Assembly: GCA_013265495.1 (NCBI GenBank)
Contig: MU057999.1
Location: forward strand, 868,001-932,000
DNA: 64,000 nt
From: Vicugna vicugna
Taxonomy: Eukaryota
Direction of reading: 5' to 3'
Made by a program: the position numbers and the translations under genes. Positions 25,780 to 38,234 of this stretch are shown here, piece after piece. Position 1 is the first letter of the stretch. Each line of letters opens with the position of its first letter. Below the pieces are notes generated by a model. That model searched no databases, was not told where the DNA came from, and saw only the letters and a list, made by a program, of their open reading frames with translations.

Positions 25780-27369
25780 GCCAGTGATCATGTCATTTAA
25801 AGAATGTTGGTAGACCTGGGAGCCTCACCCCAGAGACAATCTGTAGTAAAGTCCAGGCGGCAAAGGCATGAGCTCCAAGTCCTCCCCAGGCTTCCCAGGG
25901 CCAAGCTCCAGCAGCCACAGTCCCAGGAAAAAGTCCCCTGAAGTGGGTCACACACAGTGGACACATTCCCACAGTTGGGGCGGGGACAGGATGGAGGGAA
26001 GTGTGTCGCCTTCCCAGGCCAGATTTGATTTTCCTGCCCCCTGAGAACAGGAATGATGCCAAGAGCTCTGCTAGGAAGGCCAGTCTCTTCCTCCCCCGTG
26101 GCTTGCTCCCTTGCCTCCAGGACGGCTCCAGCAGGCCACAGCCAGCCTGGCCCATGTGCAGTCAAAACTCTGCACTCATAGGATGAAGAGCCCATTTCCT
26201 CCGCCTTGGTGGCAGAATGGAAAATGCCACCAGTCTCTTCCAGGGGTAACTGCTCCCAATCAGAGGAGCCCAGGTCTGTCCGGGCAGAGCAGTACCAGGC
26301 TGGTGGAGCCGGGGGCCCGCCGCTCCCACCCCTGCCTTGTTCGACAAGGCCTTGTTGGGCAGCAGCGAGGACCACATTCAATCGACAGCTTAAGATAATC
26401 ACATGTGTGAGGCACTGGGATAATGACAGCTGAATACCCTGCCATGGTTGCCATAGTGACCAGCCAAGCACTGCTTTGGTTCCCTCCTTTTTATTTTTTT
26501 TCCTTTCTTGTTTTCTGGGCCTCCTTGTTATGAGGCTGGCTGGTGGGGTGGGGGCATGAGTTTGGGAAATGGGAAAGAGGAGGGAAGCGGGAGGGGAGAC
26601 CCAAGAGGGGCAGCCCATTATCCGCTCTTTAAATACCCCAGCTGGAGGTGTTTTAAATCTCAACAGAGACAGAGAGAAACAGTGTCTTAATCCCCAGCTC
26701 CCTGTGAATTATTTAAAGGGATCTTGTCAGAGGGATGAATTTGTCACTGTTTCAGTGTCAACAGCAGCAGCAGCTGTCATCAGGGCTGAGGACCCCACTC
26801 CAGGCAGGGCCTGGTACGAAATGCTGCTGCCTGGTGGCGGTTGCGGTGGCCCGGGTGCTGTGGACAAGGAGCCCCCTCCTGAGGCACAAGCCTGCAGTGT
26901 TTTCCCTGGCGTGCTGGCGGAGACCCGTGTGTGAAATGTGCCAGGAGGCAGAGATGCGAGCCATCTGGACCTCGGGCCGGGCAGGCTGGCCTAGCTCTAC
27001 TAAGGGGGCTCCCATGGCCAGGAGCATGGGATCTCCGAGTGGAGAGGGGTGCTCACTGGCTGGGAGTGGGCAGAGCATATACCCAAGAGAGGGCGCCCAG
27101 GCCAGCACCCCAGCTACCCACCCACCCACGCACTCTCAGGCATGCACATGCACGCACACACATGCACACAGACGTGCATGCGTGCACACCCCAAAGAATG
27201 ACGCACAGGTGCGGACAGCCAGACAGGAGGGGGTCGTAGGTCATACATGTCATGGAAGGAGGGCAAGACGTTCAAGGAAAGATGCCTGGTATTCAGAGAG
27301 GCTCAGCTTGCGTATCTGGAGGGCTGATGTCCACAACAGCTGACTCACCGGGGTCTCTTACCCCGGTTG

Positions 27370-27550
27370 AAGTATTTTATGTGCCTGATTACATTTAATC
27401 CTCACGACCGTCTGGTGAGGTAGGGTCTCTGGGTATCCCTCCGGTAGAGGAGGAAACTGAGGTTCAGGGATGTTGAAAGAAAGACATGACCGTGTCACAC
27501 GGCTGGGTCTGGCTGACTCCGTGGTCTGTGAATTGAACTCCTGGGCTAAG
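27370..27550 (-). mobile_element. MIR SINE
   Basis: CATTTAATCCTCACGACC...GAGGAAACTGAGGTTCAGGGATGTTGAA...GAATTGAACTCC. Confidence 0.75.
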
Positions 27551-28745
27551 CCAGGGGTCACCACGACCTCCAGGGCGCAGGATCAGGGAGGGCAACCCCA
27601 GTGCTTCTTAATCCCAACCCTTTGTTAGTCAGTGCAAACCCCTCCTTCCAAGCAATCTGGATCTGTCAGGCTTGGGGCCTTTACTCTCCCTCCCAGCTCC
27701 ACACAGCATTTCTGACGTTTTTCCACCATCCAAGTTGCCAGCAGGATTTTGCAGAGACCCTTAGAGACTGCACTGGGACCCAGTGGGTATGTTTTCCCTC
27801 CTCTTTCCAAGTTATCGTGTCCCTCCTCCTCCCCGGCTCTTATTCATCTCAGGGAGCGGGTGAGGGAAGACTGTAGAAAAGTCATCACTTTGGGCTTTTT
27901 GGAAGCTCTGGGCTCTCAGAAGCAGTGCCCACCCCCGGCTAGGCACCCAGCCTCTTGGCCCACGGTGTGGGCCGTGGTACCAAATAGGGGCCTCTGGTGT
28001 CCCCCCAGCCCAGCACAGCTGGGAGGTGAATTCAGCGTGTTGGGAGGTGAGCTGGGGCTTGCAGCCCTCAGGGGAGCCCCTGAGTGAATGGCTGCCTTGC
28101 TTGGTCGCTGTACTAAATGGTCGATCCCTCTGGGCTTGTAGGAATTTATGCCCCATGGACCACATTTTACATTTTAATTAGCCCTTGAGCTTGTCTAATA
28201 GCGGAGCTCTTTCGGGCTTAGTTTACTGTCTCCTCAGGAGCCGTGTCCTTGGGATCCAGGCCGGTCGGTGGGATGGCTTCAGCCCGGTGTGGGCAGTCTG
28301 CTGCCGGGAAGGGTCTCTGGGCCCCTGTGGGCTCTGGGAAGCCGTGTGCTGCCCGGGCCTCAGTGTGCTTCTTGCTCGGAGAGCAGCCAGCTCTAACTGG
28401 GGGGCTGAAAGTGCGTCTTTGGGTTTCCTCTGACTGAGCAGGGCCAGGGGAGTTAGGGTCCCACGGGGCATGGTGGTGGTGACTGTTGGCAAAATAGTAG
28501 ATTCCTTCAAACTAAAGTCTGTGCCCAGATACGGACAGCTGAACGGGACCAGAGCCTGTGAGCTGTGTCCAGTTTTGTCTCCTTGTGGTCTGAGCTGGTG
28601 GCTGCCAGGGATTGCCTGGTTGAGAGAAGAGGTGGGGGGGGGTCCCTGCTGAAACCTGCCCTGAAGAAGCCTTGGAGGTTCTGGGAGGAGCCCTGGGGAG
28701 GGGCTGCCGGCTGTCTCAGTGCGTCTGCAAGGAGATCAAGTTCAG

Positions 28746-28870
28746 CTTTTTTTTTTTTTAGTTGAAGTATAGTCAGTTTATGATGTTGTGTCAATTTCTG
28801 GTGTACAGCGTACTGTCTCAGTCATACATGTACATGCATATGTTCCTTTTCATATTCTTTTTCATTATAG
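28746..28870 (-). mobile_element. L1 extreme 3' end with poly(A) (artiodactyl-type young L1)
   Basis: Its reverse complement closely matches the 3' end of the L1 at ~58757-58873 in this window; T-run at 28747-28759. Confidence 0.85.
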
Positions 28871-28871
28871 A

Positions 28872-28962
28872 TTATTATTTTTTAATGGAGGTACTGGGGA
28901 TTGAACCCCTGACCTCGTGCATGCTAAGCACACACTCTACCACGGAGCTATACCCTCCCCCC
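28872..28962 (-). mobile_element. tRNA-Ala-derived SINE (Vic-1-like)
   Basis: Minus strand reads GGGAGGGTATAGCTCCGTGGTAGAGTGTGTGCTTAGCATGCACGAGGTCAGGGGTTCAATCCCCAGTACCTCCATTAAAAAA. Confidence 0.9.
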
Positions 28963-29374
28963 GCTGCCCCGAGTTTAGTTTAGTCCCTATGTTCTGCTGA
29001 CCCAAGGGCGGAGTTATTTATCTAAGGTGGAAAAGATGATTTCGACACTCTGATGTATTAGCCAGAGGCAGATCCTGAGGTTCACATAACAGAGCTGCTG
29101 CCGCTGTGGATGGTAACAAGAATAATCGGTACCTAGTGAATGGTAGTTACGTGCAGGCACGGCCTGGATGATGTCTTATGTGATCTTTGAGTCCTTGTGA
29201 CACCCTGCAGGGTAAACAGTATTCTGCAGATGAGGAAACCAAAGCTCAGAAAGGTGCGTGCGGTGGCAGATCTGTACTTGGCAGAGGTGGGGTCCTCCTG
29301 CCCCCGGCAACCTCTCCCGCCTCACCTCCTCCCACCCGTCCCCTGCCCTGTGCAATCTGGCAGCTACCCTGGCC

Positions 29375-29765
29375 TCTTGACTTTCTCGGCAACGTGCCAG
29401 GCACACTCTGGCTCCAGAGAGTTTGTTTTTGTTCCCGGAGCCTGGAATGCTCCTCTTCCATGTGCCCTTCAGTCTGGTGGCTACTGAGTGTCATTCTGAT
29501 CTTTGCCCAAAAGGAGACCTCTGACGACCCCACTGCCAGCTGTCACTTGTTAACCCCTTACCTGCTTCTCAGTAGTGTTTGACGCTGTCCGACTTTGTCT
29601 TACTCGTTTGTTTGCATGCTCACCCTCTGGTTTGCTTTATTAGATTGTCAGGCCCATGAGGGCAGGGACTTTGTCTCTTGGTCACTGCTGGGTCACACCA
29701 ACACCTAGGCTACTACTGGGGGATGTAGCAGATGCTCAATTCTTCATTTTTAAAATGAGTTAAAT
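29375..29765 (+). mobile_element. L2 3' fragment
   Basis: TAGATTGTCAGGCCCATGAGGGCAGGGACTTTGTCTCTTGGTCACTGCTG...GTAGCAGATGCTCAAT. Confidence 0.7.
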
Positions 29766-31854
29766 GAGCTGGGTTTGAAACAAATCAGAATAGCCTCTTC
29801 CTAGCCTCATAGAAGCTAAAAAGCCAATTTCGATGATTTCTGTCGTCATCTTAAACAGCAGCACCCAGAGGAAGTGCCCAGTTACTATGATGCTGCGCCA
29901 TCGTAGCCCTCGGGCATTCTGGGAGGGGCAGGGTCGGCCCTGGGGTTGCAGCAGTCCCGGGAAGGGCCAGCGATCAAAAGTTTTTCCAGTGCCCCCTGCT
30001 TGGAAATCTCTTCAGAGGCACAAAGTAGAACCAGCTCACTCTTAACTTCATTTTTGATCAGGCCATGTAATTTCTTAGCTTACTCCATCATCTGACTCAT
30101 CAGATTGGGCTCCAGATGCCCTTTGCCTGTTTTCAAAATCCAGATCCACCCTTGGAGGAGAAAAAACGTGTTAGGGTTTCTGAAGGTTGTTCTAGAAGGC
30201 AGTGTAGATGGACCAGTGGATGGAGTTTGTGACAGTGGTTTTGAAGGAAAATAGTGTGTTTCACACACACATACACACACAGAGGCACTCCGGCTGTTCC
30301 AGAGCGGCAGAGTTGCAGGATCAGACTCCCACAGGCAAGTCTGAGAAACTGAGATGGTGGAGGAACCTATGGGCATCTTTATCAAACATCAAAGTCCTGG
30401 TCTGAAAGCCTGAACAAGTACTTTCTAATGGGTGTCGTTGTTTTCTTTATTATGTTTATCTCAAGGACAGGTGATCCACTGGCATCACTAATAATGCCCT
30501 TTCAAAGGCGGCTCATGTTCTGCTGGTTGTGCAAGGCTTCTTTCTTTGTCTTCTCCCAGGGACAAGTTAGCCTGGTGGCACCTGCTGTAAGTCCCCAGCT
30601 AAGGACCAGGGACTGAGGAGGCAGAAAAGTTAAGGAACAGACGAGGACCTGGCTCATTCCTTCAGTCTGTCACTGTTTATTGAGGGCTAGGTACTGGGAA
30701 TATCAGGAGGTCCCCAACACAGCCTAGCCCCCTAAGAGGCAAATCTGGGGGGAGAAGGATTTGGGACACTGCAGCAGGACTGCAGAGAGCAAGATGGTAA
30801 GTTCCAGGAGGGAGTCAGGAGGTGTCCCGCCAGCAGCTGGATAAGTAAGTCTGGGCATCTCAGGGAGGTCTGGGATGTACCCCATGGCGGTTGCAGCCTT
30901 GTGTGTGGCTGAGATCACCCAGATAAAAAGTGAGAGGAGAGGAGGGTGAGGATGGAGCCCTGAGAAACCTGTGGATTTCACTGGTCCCAGACATCACTGA
31001 ATGAAAACGTGGTCACGTAATACCCATGTTGCAAAGCTAAATGCGTGGAGTTATTTCACTGTTGGCATGAACTAATAAATTAGTCAAAACCTAATTCCCT
31101 GTCCTCAAGGAGCTCACAGCCTGGCAGTGGAAACAAAGCAATTAACGAATAGTTCGAAACAGTGTATTATCAAATGCTAAATTGTGTGGAATGTGCTCAA
31201 TCATACTTTGAGCATCCGGGAAAAAGGTAGCTGAAAATTAACTGGGAAGATGTCACGGAGGAAATAAAACCTGAGCCCTGTGAAAGGAAGGGGCTGTAAA
31301 GAGAGCTGAGCTCTGCCACCCATCAGCTGCCTGACTCCAGGTCACTATTGAATGTCTCTGGGCCTCAGTGTGCCCGTTTGTCAACTAAAGATCTTGGTCG
31401 ACACAACGCACTGTGGCTTCCAGCCAGATTGTTGTTCTCTGGTTCCGTGTCTCCGAGGAGTTGAGTTGGGAGGATGAGGAGGTGGAAGAAAGGCATCTGG
31501 ACATCATGGGGCAGAAATGGGTACCATCTCTGTGTGATGTGAGAGGACATGGTCCTGGCTCGAGCCCTGGCCATCTCTTGCCTGGTCTGCGGTTATTTCT
31601 TCTGACCAAACAGCAAGCCAGGGCATTAGTCCAGGCGTGAGGTCATGCCAACACCAGTGCGTGGCTGTGGAATGCAGGAGAGAGGCCAGATAGGAGGAAC
31701 ATTGTTCTGGAAGAAATGGAAAATTGTGGTGACAAATTGGGGACGAAGTTGCCAGGGGCATACTGTTTGTGGATAAGAGAAATTGGGCCAGCATTGTCGG
31801 GTGTTGAGGTGTAGGCTGGAAACAGATAACAGTTAACAAGGAGTGGTTTTCAAA

Positions 31855-33290
31855 AAAAGCTGTATTGAGGCACAAGTTGCGTGTCATAAAATGTACATTT
31901 TAAGGGCACAATCCAGTGATTTTTAGTAAGTTGACAGAGTTGTGGAATCATCACCACCAACCCATTTTAAAACATTTCCATCACCCACCCCCAGTTCACC
32001 ATGTCCATTTGTAGTCACTCCCATTTCCAACACCGGGCTCAGGGAAATACTGACACTCTTCTGTCTGTAGATATGCCTTTTCTGGACATTTCATGTCAGT
32101 GAACCATACAATATTTGATCTTTTGTGTTTGGCTTCTTTCACTGGGCGTCATGTTTTAGAGGTTCATGCATGTTGTTGCATGTACCAGGAATTCCTTCTT
32201 TTTTATTTCCAAATACTATTCCCTCATATGGCTACATCAAATCATTATGTCATGTTTTCAACAGCTACACTTATTGTTTATGTGCTCGCTGGTTGGTGGA
32301 CATTAGCACAGGGTTCTAGTTGTCATATTCAGGTCCAGTGCAGAGCTCCAAGGAGTGTAGCCTACAGCCAGACTGAGGATGGATCCCAGTTGCTGAGTCA
32401 AAGGGTGTATGTGGTTCTAATTTTGATAAATAACACCAACTTTTCCATAGAGATTGTACCAATTTGCCCTTCATCCAGCTATGTATCAGAATGTTTATCC
32501 CCTACACCCTCTCTGACAGAGTGTGTTACCAAATTTTTGTCTAATGAGAAAAATAAAAAAGTGTCACAATGCATCTAATGGCCCTTTCGATTATAATGAG
32601 TGCAGTTTAGCATCTTTTCATATCTTTACACACTATATCTGTTTCTTTTTATTAAACAGTTTGTTAACATTCTTTGCCCATTTTTCTATTTTGTCGTTGA
32701 TGGATAGATCGTCCTTATATATGAAGGGAAATTAACACTTTGTCTGTGATAAGTTCAAGTGGTCTTTTTCCCAGCATTCTTTCTTTTCTTTTCTTTTTTC
32801 CTTTTGATTTTACTTAGTGGCTGTTTCTGTCTTGCCAATTAAGAAATATTGGATGGCGCTGAATTGATCAATCTGTTCTTTTATGGCTTTTGAGTTTCAT
32901 GTCATAATTACTATACATACATTGTCTCCATGGTTTCTCTTAGTATTTTTATGGTTTCATTTTTAATGTTTAAATCTTTGATTCACTGGAAATGTATTCT
33001 GGAGTAAAGAAGGAAGTATGGATACAAAGTTACGTTTCTCTCCAGATGGCTATTCAGCTATTACAACAATTTAAAAAAAAGAGATTCACCTTTTCCTTCC
33101 TGATTTGAGTGGCCAGTATTTTAAATGTGGAGAAAAACTATTGATTTGACATCTAAAAGGTGCCACCAGTTACACTGAGACCAGTAGGCTTGGGAGTGCC
33201 CTCTTCTCTGCATTCTTACTGAGATTGGGTATTTTATCTTTTTCATTTTTTGCCAATCTGATAAGCAAATCATAGCGTTTCGTTGTTTTA
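31855..33290 (-). mobile_element. Old L1 fragments (L1MB-like 3' end followed by L1ME-like pieces)
   Basis: TTTTAGTAAGTTGACAGAGTTGTGG...GCCTTTTCTGGACATTTCAT...GGTTCATGCATGTTG; AT-rich antisense L1 composition throughout. Confidence 0.8.
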
Positions 33291-33689
33291 ATGGGAGGTG
33301 ATAATTACAGGAAGGAACACAGGTGGCAGTGTGTCAAATGCCCAGAAGTAGAGGCTGAGAAGCTGCCACTGAACAGAGACCTTTAGGAAAAGGGCTTTGG
33401 AGTGGGCAGTGAGGGCACCTCGTGGGGACTGGAGCCAGCTCAGGTCTTGGTAAAAGAAATTGGGTCTGAACAGCAAAGGTGTGTTATATCCAACATTGGT
33501 GAAACTCCCCTTTTTCAAGGATCTCGGAAGCGGTGTCCTTGGGAACATGGGATACCTCAAAGCGTGGTTGGGGAGGCAGGACAGATGCATAGAAGAGTGT
33601 TAAGGGGACACGTGGCCCCTTGAGTCTGGTCACACTGGCCTCTCTCTGTCCCCCACCCTCTACTTGGCTTATTGAGGGCCTTGAGATTC

Positions 33690-34362
33690 TACACCAAGAT
33701 ATATTTTCAGTTTCTACCAGTCTGGTCCACCCCACCATCATCTCTCACCTGGACCACAACAGTCACATCCAGTTGACCTGCTCATGCACTTATCCAACCC
33801 AGTTCTCTACTTTGCATCTGAGAAATCTTTTAAAAACTCAGCTCTGATCACCTGTATTTGTCTCTCTAAAACTCATTAATGCCTTCTAGTTATCCTCAGG
33901 ATGAAGTTTAAAGTTCTCAACCAGACTCATCCTCTCCCCAGTCTTCTTCTGGCCACCTCTGGTTTTTTATGACTCTTCATTACTCCACGGTGCCAGGCCA
34001 CTTTTCTCCACCTCAGGGCCTTTGCACTTGCTCTTTCAGGGCTGGATGCTCTGCGCCTCTCTGCCCACAGCAGATGCACACTTCTCCTAGCTAATTTCTA
34101 CCCACTCATCCCTCTCAGCTTGGAGAGTCTTCTCTGACACACTTCTGTGTATCAGGTGCACCCCCCTCCTTGGCATCATGAAATTTTCCCTCACAGCAGT
34201 TGGCACAATTGTAATAATTTAGTTAATTTAATTACCGTTTGTCTAATTTCTGTTTCTCTCACTGATTATCAGCTTCATAGTGCTGCATCCCCTGTGGCTA
34301 ATGGAATGCCTGGCAAAAGTTGGCATTCAGTAAATGTCTTATTTTTCACTGATGGATGAATG
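33690..34362 (+). mobile_element. L2 3' fragment
   Basis: CATCTCTCACCTGGACCACAAC...CCTCAGGGCCTTTGCACTTGCT...CATTCAGTAAATG...GGATGAATGA tail. Confidence 0.75.
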
Positions 34363-34789
34363 AGGTAAAACTATAAAATGATGATGCTGATTCCAAGTAT
34401 CGTAAACAAATCATCATGTCTGTCCCTTCCCACTGGAAGGCTATTCCACCCTCATCTCGATCTACCCAAATCTTCTCTTTCTTCAAGTCCCCTAATCCTA
34501 GTAGCCACTTGCTCAGAGAGCATCTGAACCTCCTCTAGCCCACTCTGATTGTCATCTTTCCAGCCCCTCCTGCACCTGCTGGCAGGAGAAGGAGAGAAGG
34601 AAAGAAAGAGACTCCACGATGGCCTTTTCCCAAACAGCGGGGAGTTACTTTCCTTTCTCTCAGTTTCTCTCCACTCTTCCCTGTGGAACATACAGCTGTA
34701 TTCTACCTAATTTGCTTTGATCGCTCCCTTAGGAACTGTCATGGAATCAATTAGATCTGTAGAATTTTATGACTCGAGGTCACTCAGTA

Positions 34790-34840
34790 TGATTCCTCAT
34801 TTTACAGATGAGAAAACTGAGGCCCAGGAAGGTTAATGTT
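34790..34840 (-). mobile_element. MIR core fragment
   Basis: CTCATTTTACAGATGAGAAAACTGAGGCCCAG. Confidence 0.75.
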
Positions 34841-36954
34841 TGAAACAATTACCCTTGTTGGGTTTTATAAGACCAATCAGTGTCATTTTCTAAGATAAAT
34901 GTCCTCAATATCCCAGCTCCGCGAGAGTGTAAATCCTCGTTCTGTCTATTAAAAGACACAGTGGCGGTGACAGTTTCAGTGCTGTGGTGGGCCCCCAGGG
35001 GTGGGCTTCCTGTCTTGCTCCCACACAGCAGAGCTGCGTTAGTTTTGAGGGAGTCCAGGTCCCCACCCTAAATGGGGTCGCGGGCTTCACTTGTGCCTTG
35101 ACAAAGGAGCCCGACGTTCCTGCCGAGACCTTATACATCCCAGTGAAACGATGGATCGTGAGACGGGCTGTGTTTAAACAATAGCAGAGCAGCAAAAGAA
35201 GCCTGTCCTTCCCTCAAAAGTCATGTAGGGTCAACTGGGGAAAATGTGATTTCAAAATAGCCCTGGGAAGGGAGAGAGGCCTGAAGCTTTGAACTAAAAC
35301 AACTGTCAGCGATGACTTCTCCCCAATGTATTTGCTTTCTGGTTCCAAAAACCCAGGCAAGCAGAACGTCACTTTAACCAACATTTAAATAGAACATAAC
35401 ATCATCTCAGGAAGGAATAAAAAGTGGTTCCTCCACATCTAGAGGAATTAAGCAAAGTCCAGGTGAGGTGGGCCCGTGTGCAGGGATCCTGGAAGGAGTC
35501 CAGTCCATCAAGTGCTCCAGGCTGGGGAGGGAACTGGCCCCCCTGAGAGTGCTGGGAGGGGCTGGGGGTTAAGGGCCATAGATAGGCTGCAGCTTAGGAG
35601 TCTAGTGAGGGGACCTGGAGCAGAAGTGGCCATGAGGTGACTGTACAGGCCTGGCTGGGCAGGGCCACCTCTGCATGCACCCATCTTTCATTTCCTCTGC
35701 ACCATGCCTGGTCTTCGGAAGCCCCGGTACAAGTTTGAAGGACAGCCTTGCCTCCGTCCTCTTGCTCCCCCAGAAGGTTCATTCTATGCAGGAAGACACA
35801 ACAGTATATTTCCCATGCACACACGATTAGCTTTCAGCTCTTTTAATGAAGAATTCTAATTTGTCTATTTCAGCTCCACGCTGTGAATAATAAGCCATCA
35901 GCACAATATTTAAAGAAATGGTACTGTTTGATTTCTTTTGTCATCCCTTGTAAATCGTCCAGGATCTTAAGCTGTTTTCATGTTAGGAAGTTGAATTTCT
36001 TCTGCTCTTTATTTAATTCTTCAGCAAACACGTTGGAACCTCCTGGGAGTACCCCCAGGTCTTGAGGTCAGGGTCCTGAGAGCTCCCCACGACGGGCAGC
36101 TGCTTCCTCTCCCAGCACAAGGAAGGAAGAATGATGCTGGAACTCTTCTTTGGTCCCTGCTCAGAGTGGCTCAGTTAAGGAAGCTGTGTCTTTTATGGGC
36201 CCCCTCCCCTTACTGCCTGTTACTGAAAGAAGCTACAAGGTGAATTTCTTTGGCCATTCAAAGCACTTGTTTGTATCTCCTCTCTTCCTCGGCTCCTCTT
36301 ATGGCCACGTGGCCAGGGGTGAGTTGAATGATGTCTTTTCACCTGTAAATTGGGGGTGATAGTATCTAGTTCCATGGGGAACTGTCGGGAAGATTGAGAG
36401 CGATCACTTAACAAATACATTGTGCCTCCTCTTCTTCCAGTCTACGGACTGCTGAAAATGAGAGCTCTCTTTTCCAACGTGAATCACAATGGTCTCTGCC
36501 TTTTTAAGAAGCTTTCCTTACTCCCTAAGTAACACTGTCCAACATTCTCTTCCATCACATCTTTGCTTGAAATTTGCTAACAGTGAAGCTTAATTTGCTT
36601 CCTTCAGAATCTCTCTTAGCTACCTCTACTCTTACCAGTTTCACAGTCTAGCTCTTTCAAAGAGATGGATGAAACGAAAGTTTATGTGAATCTAAGTTTG
36701 TTGAACACTTATGAAAAGCTTTATATTCATACGCTTTTCAGAGATACAAAGGAGTTTCACCGCAATAAAGAAATTAGGTTCAGAAAGGAGGATTTCCAAG
36801 GTGGGGGTGTCATGTCCAAGGTGGGGGTGGTCAGACCCCTAAGCCACAGAGTGACTGTTGCGAGTAGAGTCGGTGGTGTTGAGGATGAAATTCCCTGCCG
36901 TCACGCAGGGCTAGGAGCTGCAGGTTGTCCCTGCGGTTGTAATGAGCCATTGTC

Positions 36955-37050
36955 ACAACGTGAGAGTTGTAGGCTGGATACAGGGAGGTTTCCTCGGGTG
37001 AAGTGTGTTATATTTTGGGATAGACGACAGAGAAATCTTCTGAAGTCTGC
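36955..37050 (+). mobile_element. Possible L3/CR1 3'-end relic
   Basis: GTTGTAGGCTGGATACAGGGAGGTTTCCTCGGGTGAAGTGTGTTATATTTTGGGATAG loosely resembles the CR1/L3 3' end; very diverged. Confidence 0.3.
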
Positions 37051-37233
37051 GTATAAGGAGATCTTTGGAAAGAAATGAGGATTAGGTGTGTTCATTTCTC
37101 AAGTCAAGCGGCGGGACTGCTGAGCTCATAAGGCCCCCTCCAGCTCCAGGCTTCTCCTCTGCTCTGCCAGTCCCATCTTCTTACTCTCTATTTTGTGTTT
37201 TTCATGTGTGTGCCTGTGGCCTGCTTGGTCCAG

Positions 37234-37915
37234 TGGGAAGAAGTGAGCGGCTACGATGAAAACCTGAACACCATCCGCACCTACCAGGTGTGCAATGTTT
37301 TCGAGCCCAACCAGAACAACTGGCTGCTCACCACCTTCATCAACCGGCGGGGGGCCCACCGCATCTACACGGAGATGCGCTTCACGGTGAGAGACTGCAG
37401 CAGCCTCCCCAACGTCCCAGGCTCCTGCAAGGAGACCTTCAACTTGTACTACTACGAGACCGACTCCGTCATTGCCACCAAGAAGTCGGCCTTCTGGTCA
37501 GAGGCCCCCTACCTCAAAGTGGACACCATCGCTGCAGACGAGAGCTTCTCCCAGGTGGACTTCGGGGGCAGGTTGATGAAGGTCAACACCGAGGTCAGGA
37601 GCTTCGGGCCTCTTACGCGGAATGGTTTTTACCTCGCTTTCCAGGATTATGGAGCCTGTATGTCTCTCCTTTCTGTCCGTGTCTTCTTCAAAAAGTGTCC
37701 CAGCATCGTGCAGAATTTTGCAGTGTTCCCAGAGACCATGACTGGGGCAGAGAGCACATCTCTGGTGATTGCTCGGGGCACGTGCATCCCCAACGCGGAG
37801 GAAGTGGACGTGCCCATCAAACTCTACTGCAACGGGGACGGGGAGTGGATGGTGCCCATCGGGCGCTGCACCTGCAAACCTGGTTACGAGGCCGAGAACA
37901 GCGTGGCCTGCAAGG
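37234..37915 (+). CDS. EPHB1: EPHB1 coding exon 3 (682 nt, phase 0 to phase 1): ephrin ligand-binding domain and cysteine-rich/sushi region
   Basis: Translation [22 protein letters not shown]...[13 protein letters not shown]...[11 protein letters not shown]...[12 protein letters not shown]...[19 protein letters not shown] is the Eph ectodomain with EphB1-specific residues. CAG acceptor at 37231-37233, GTAAG donor at 37916. Strong GC3 and CpG-rich coding pattern. Confidence 0.98.
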
Positions 37916-38229
37916 GTAAGCCCTGGGGCTCCTGGGCCTTTTCTTCCTGCCCCACCCCCCCCACCGGGCCAGGGCCAGGCCTGCAAAGGTCCCCACCTCC
38001 AGTTCTGGATCCTGAGGGGACAGGAGAGCCTAATGGCTCCTGCCAAAGCTCTAGGCAACCTCTTCTCCTATAATAGGCATGATGATTTTCCAGTTGTGTC
38101 CAAGCAGAATATCAGTTTTCATGGTTGGAGGGGAGAGATGAGGAGAATTCCAAATGGTGTATAATAACTTAATAACCACTCAGTTATATTTAGTTTTGGG
38201 GACACTGACATTTAGACTTTCCTTTTCTG

Positions 38230-38234
<5 letters not shown>

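Larger units (their letters stand above)
14584..37233 (+). other. EPHB1: EPHB1 intron 2 (22,650 nt, GT-AG, phase 0)
   Basis: Bounded by the exon 2 donor and exon 3 acceptor; the joined exons read in frame. Confidence 0.93.

Noticed and set aside
25797..26663. 288-aa minus-strand ORF (also the 229-aa ORF at 18247-18936 and the 202-aa ORF at 26735-27343)
   Set aside because: No recognisable domain, low-complexity composition and no clear codon bias; consistent with chance ORFs in GC-rich intron.
28884..28958. tRNA-Ala(AGC) gene (also at 12940 and 49229)
   Set aside because: Altered 5' end and stem mismatches, A-rich tails, TSDs and multiple diverged copies indicate tRNA-derived SINEs rather than functional tRNA genes.
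37290..38058. Overlapping alternative-frame (209 aa) and antisense (186 aa) ORFs over exon 3
   Set aside because: Expected shadows of high-GC3 coding sequence. The alternative-frame ORF has only a non-ATG start, and neither product is recognisable.
37195..38073. 292-aa ORF as a standalone gene
   Set aside because: It is EPHB1 exon 3 plus open intronic flanks; canonical splice sites delimit the homologous part.
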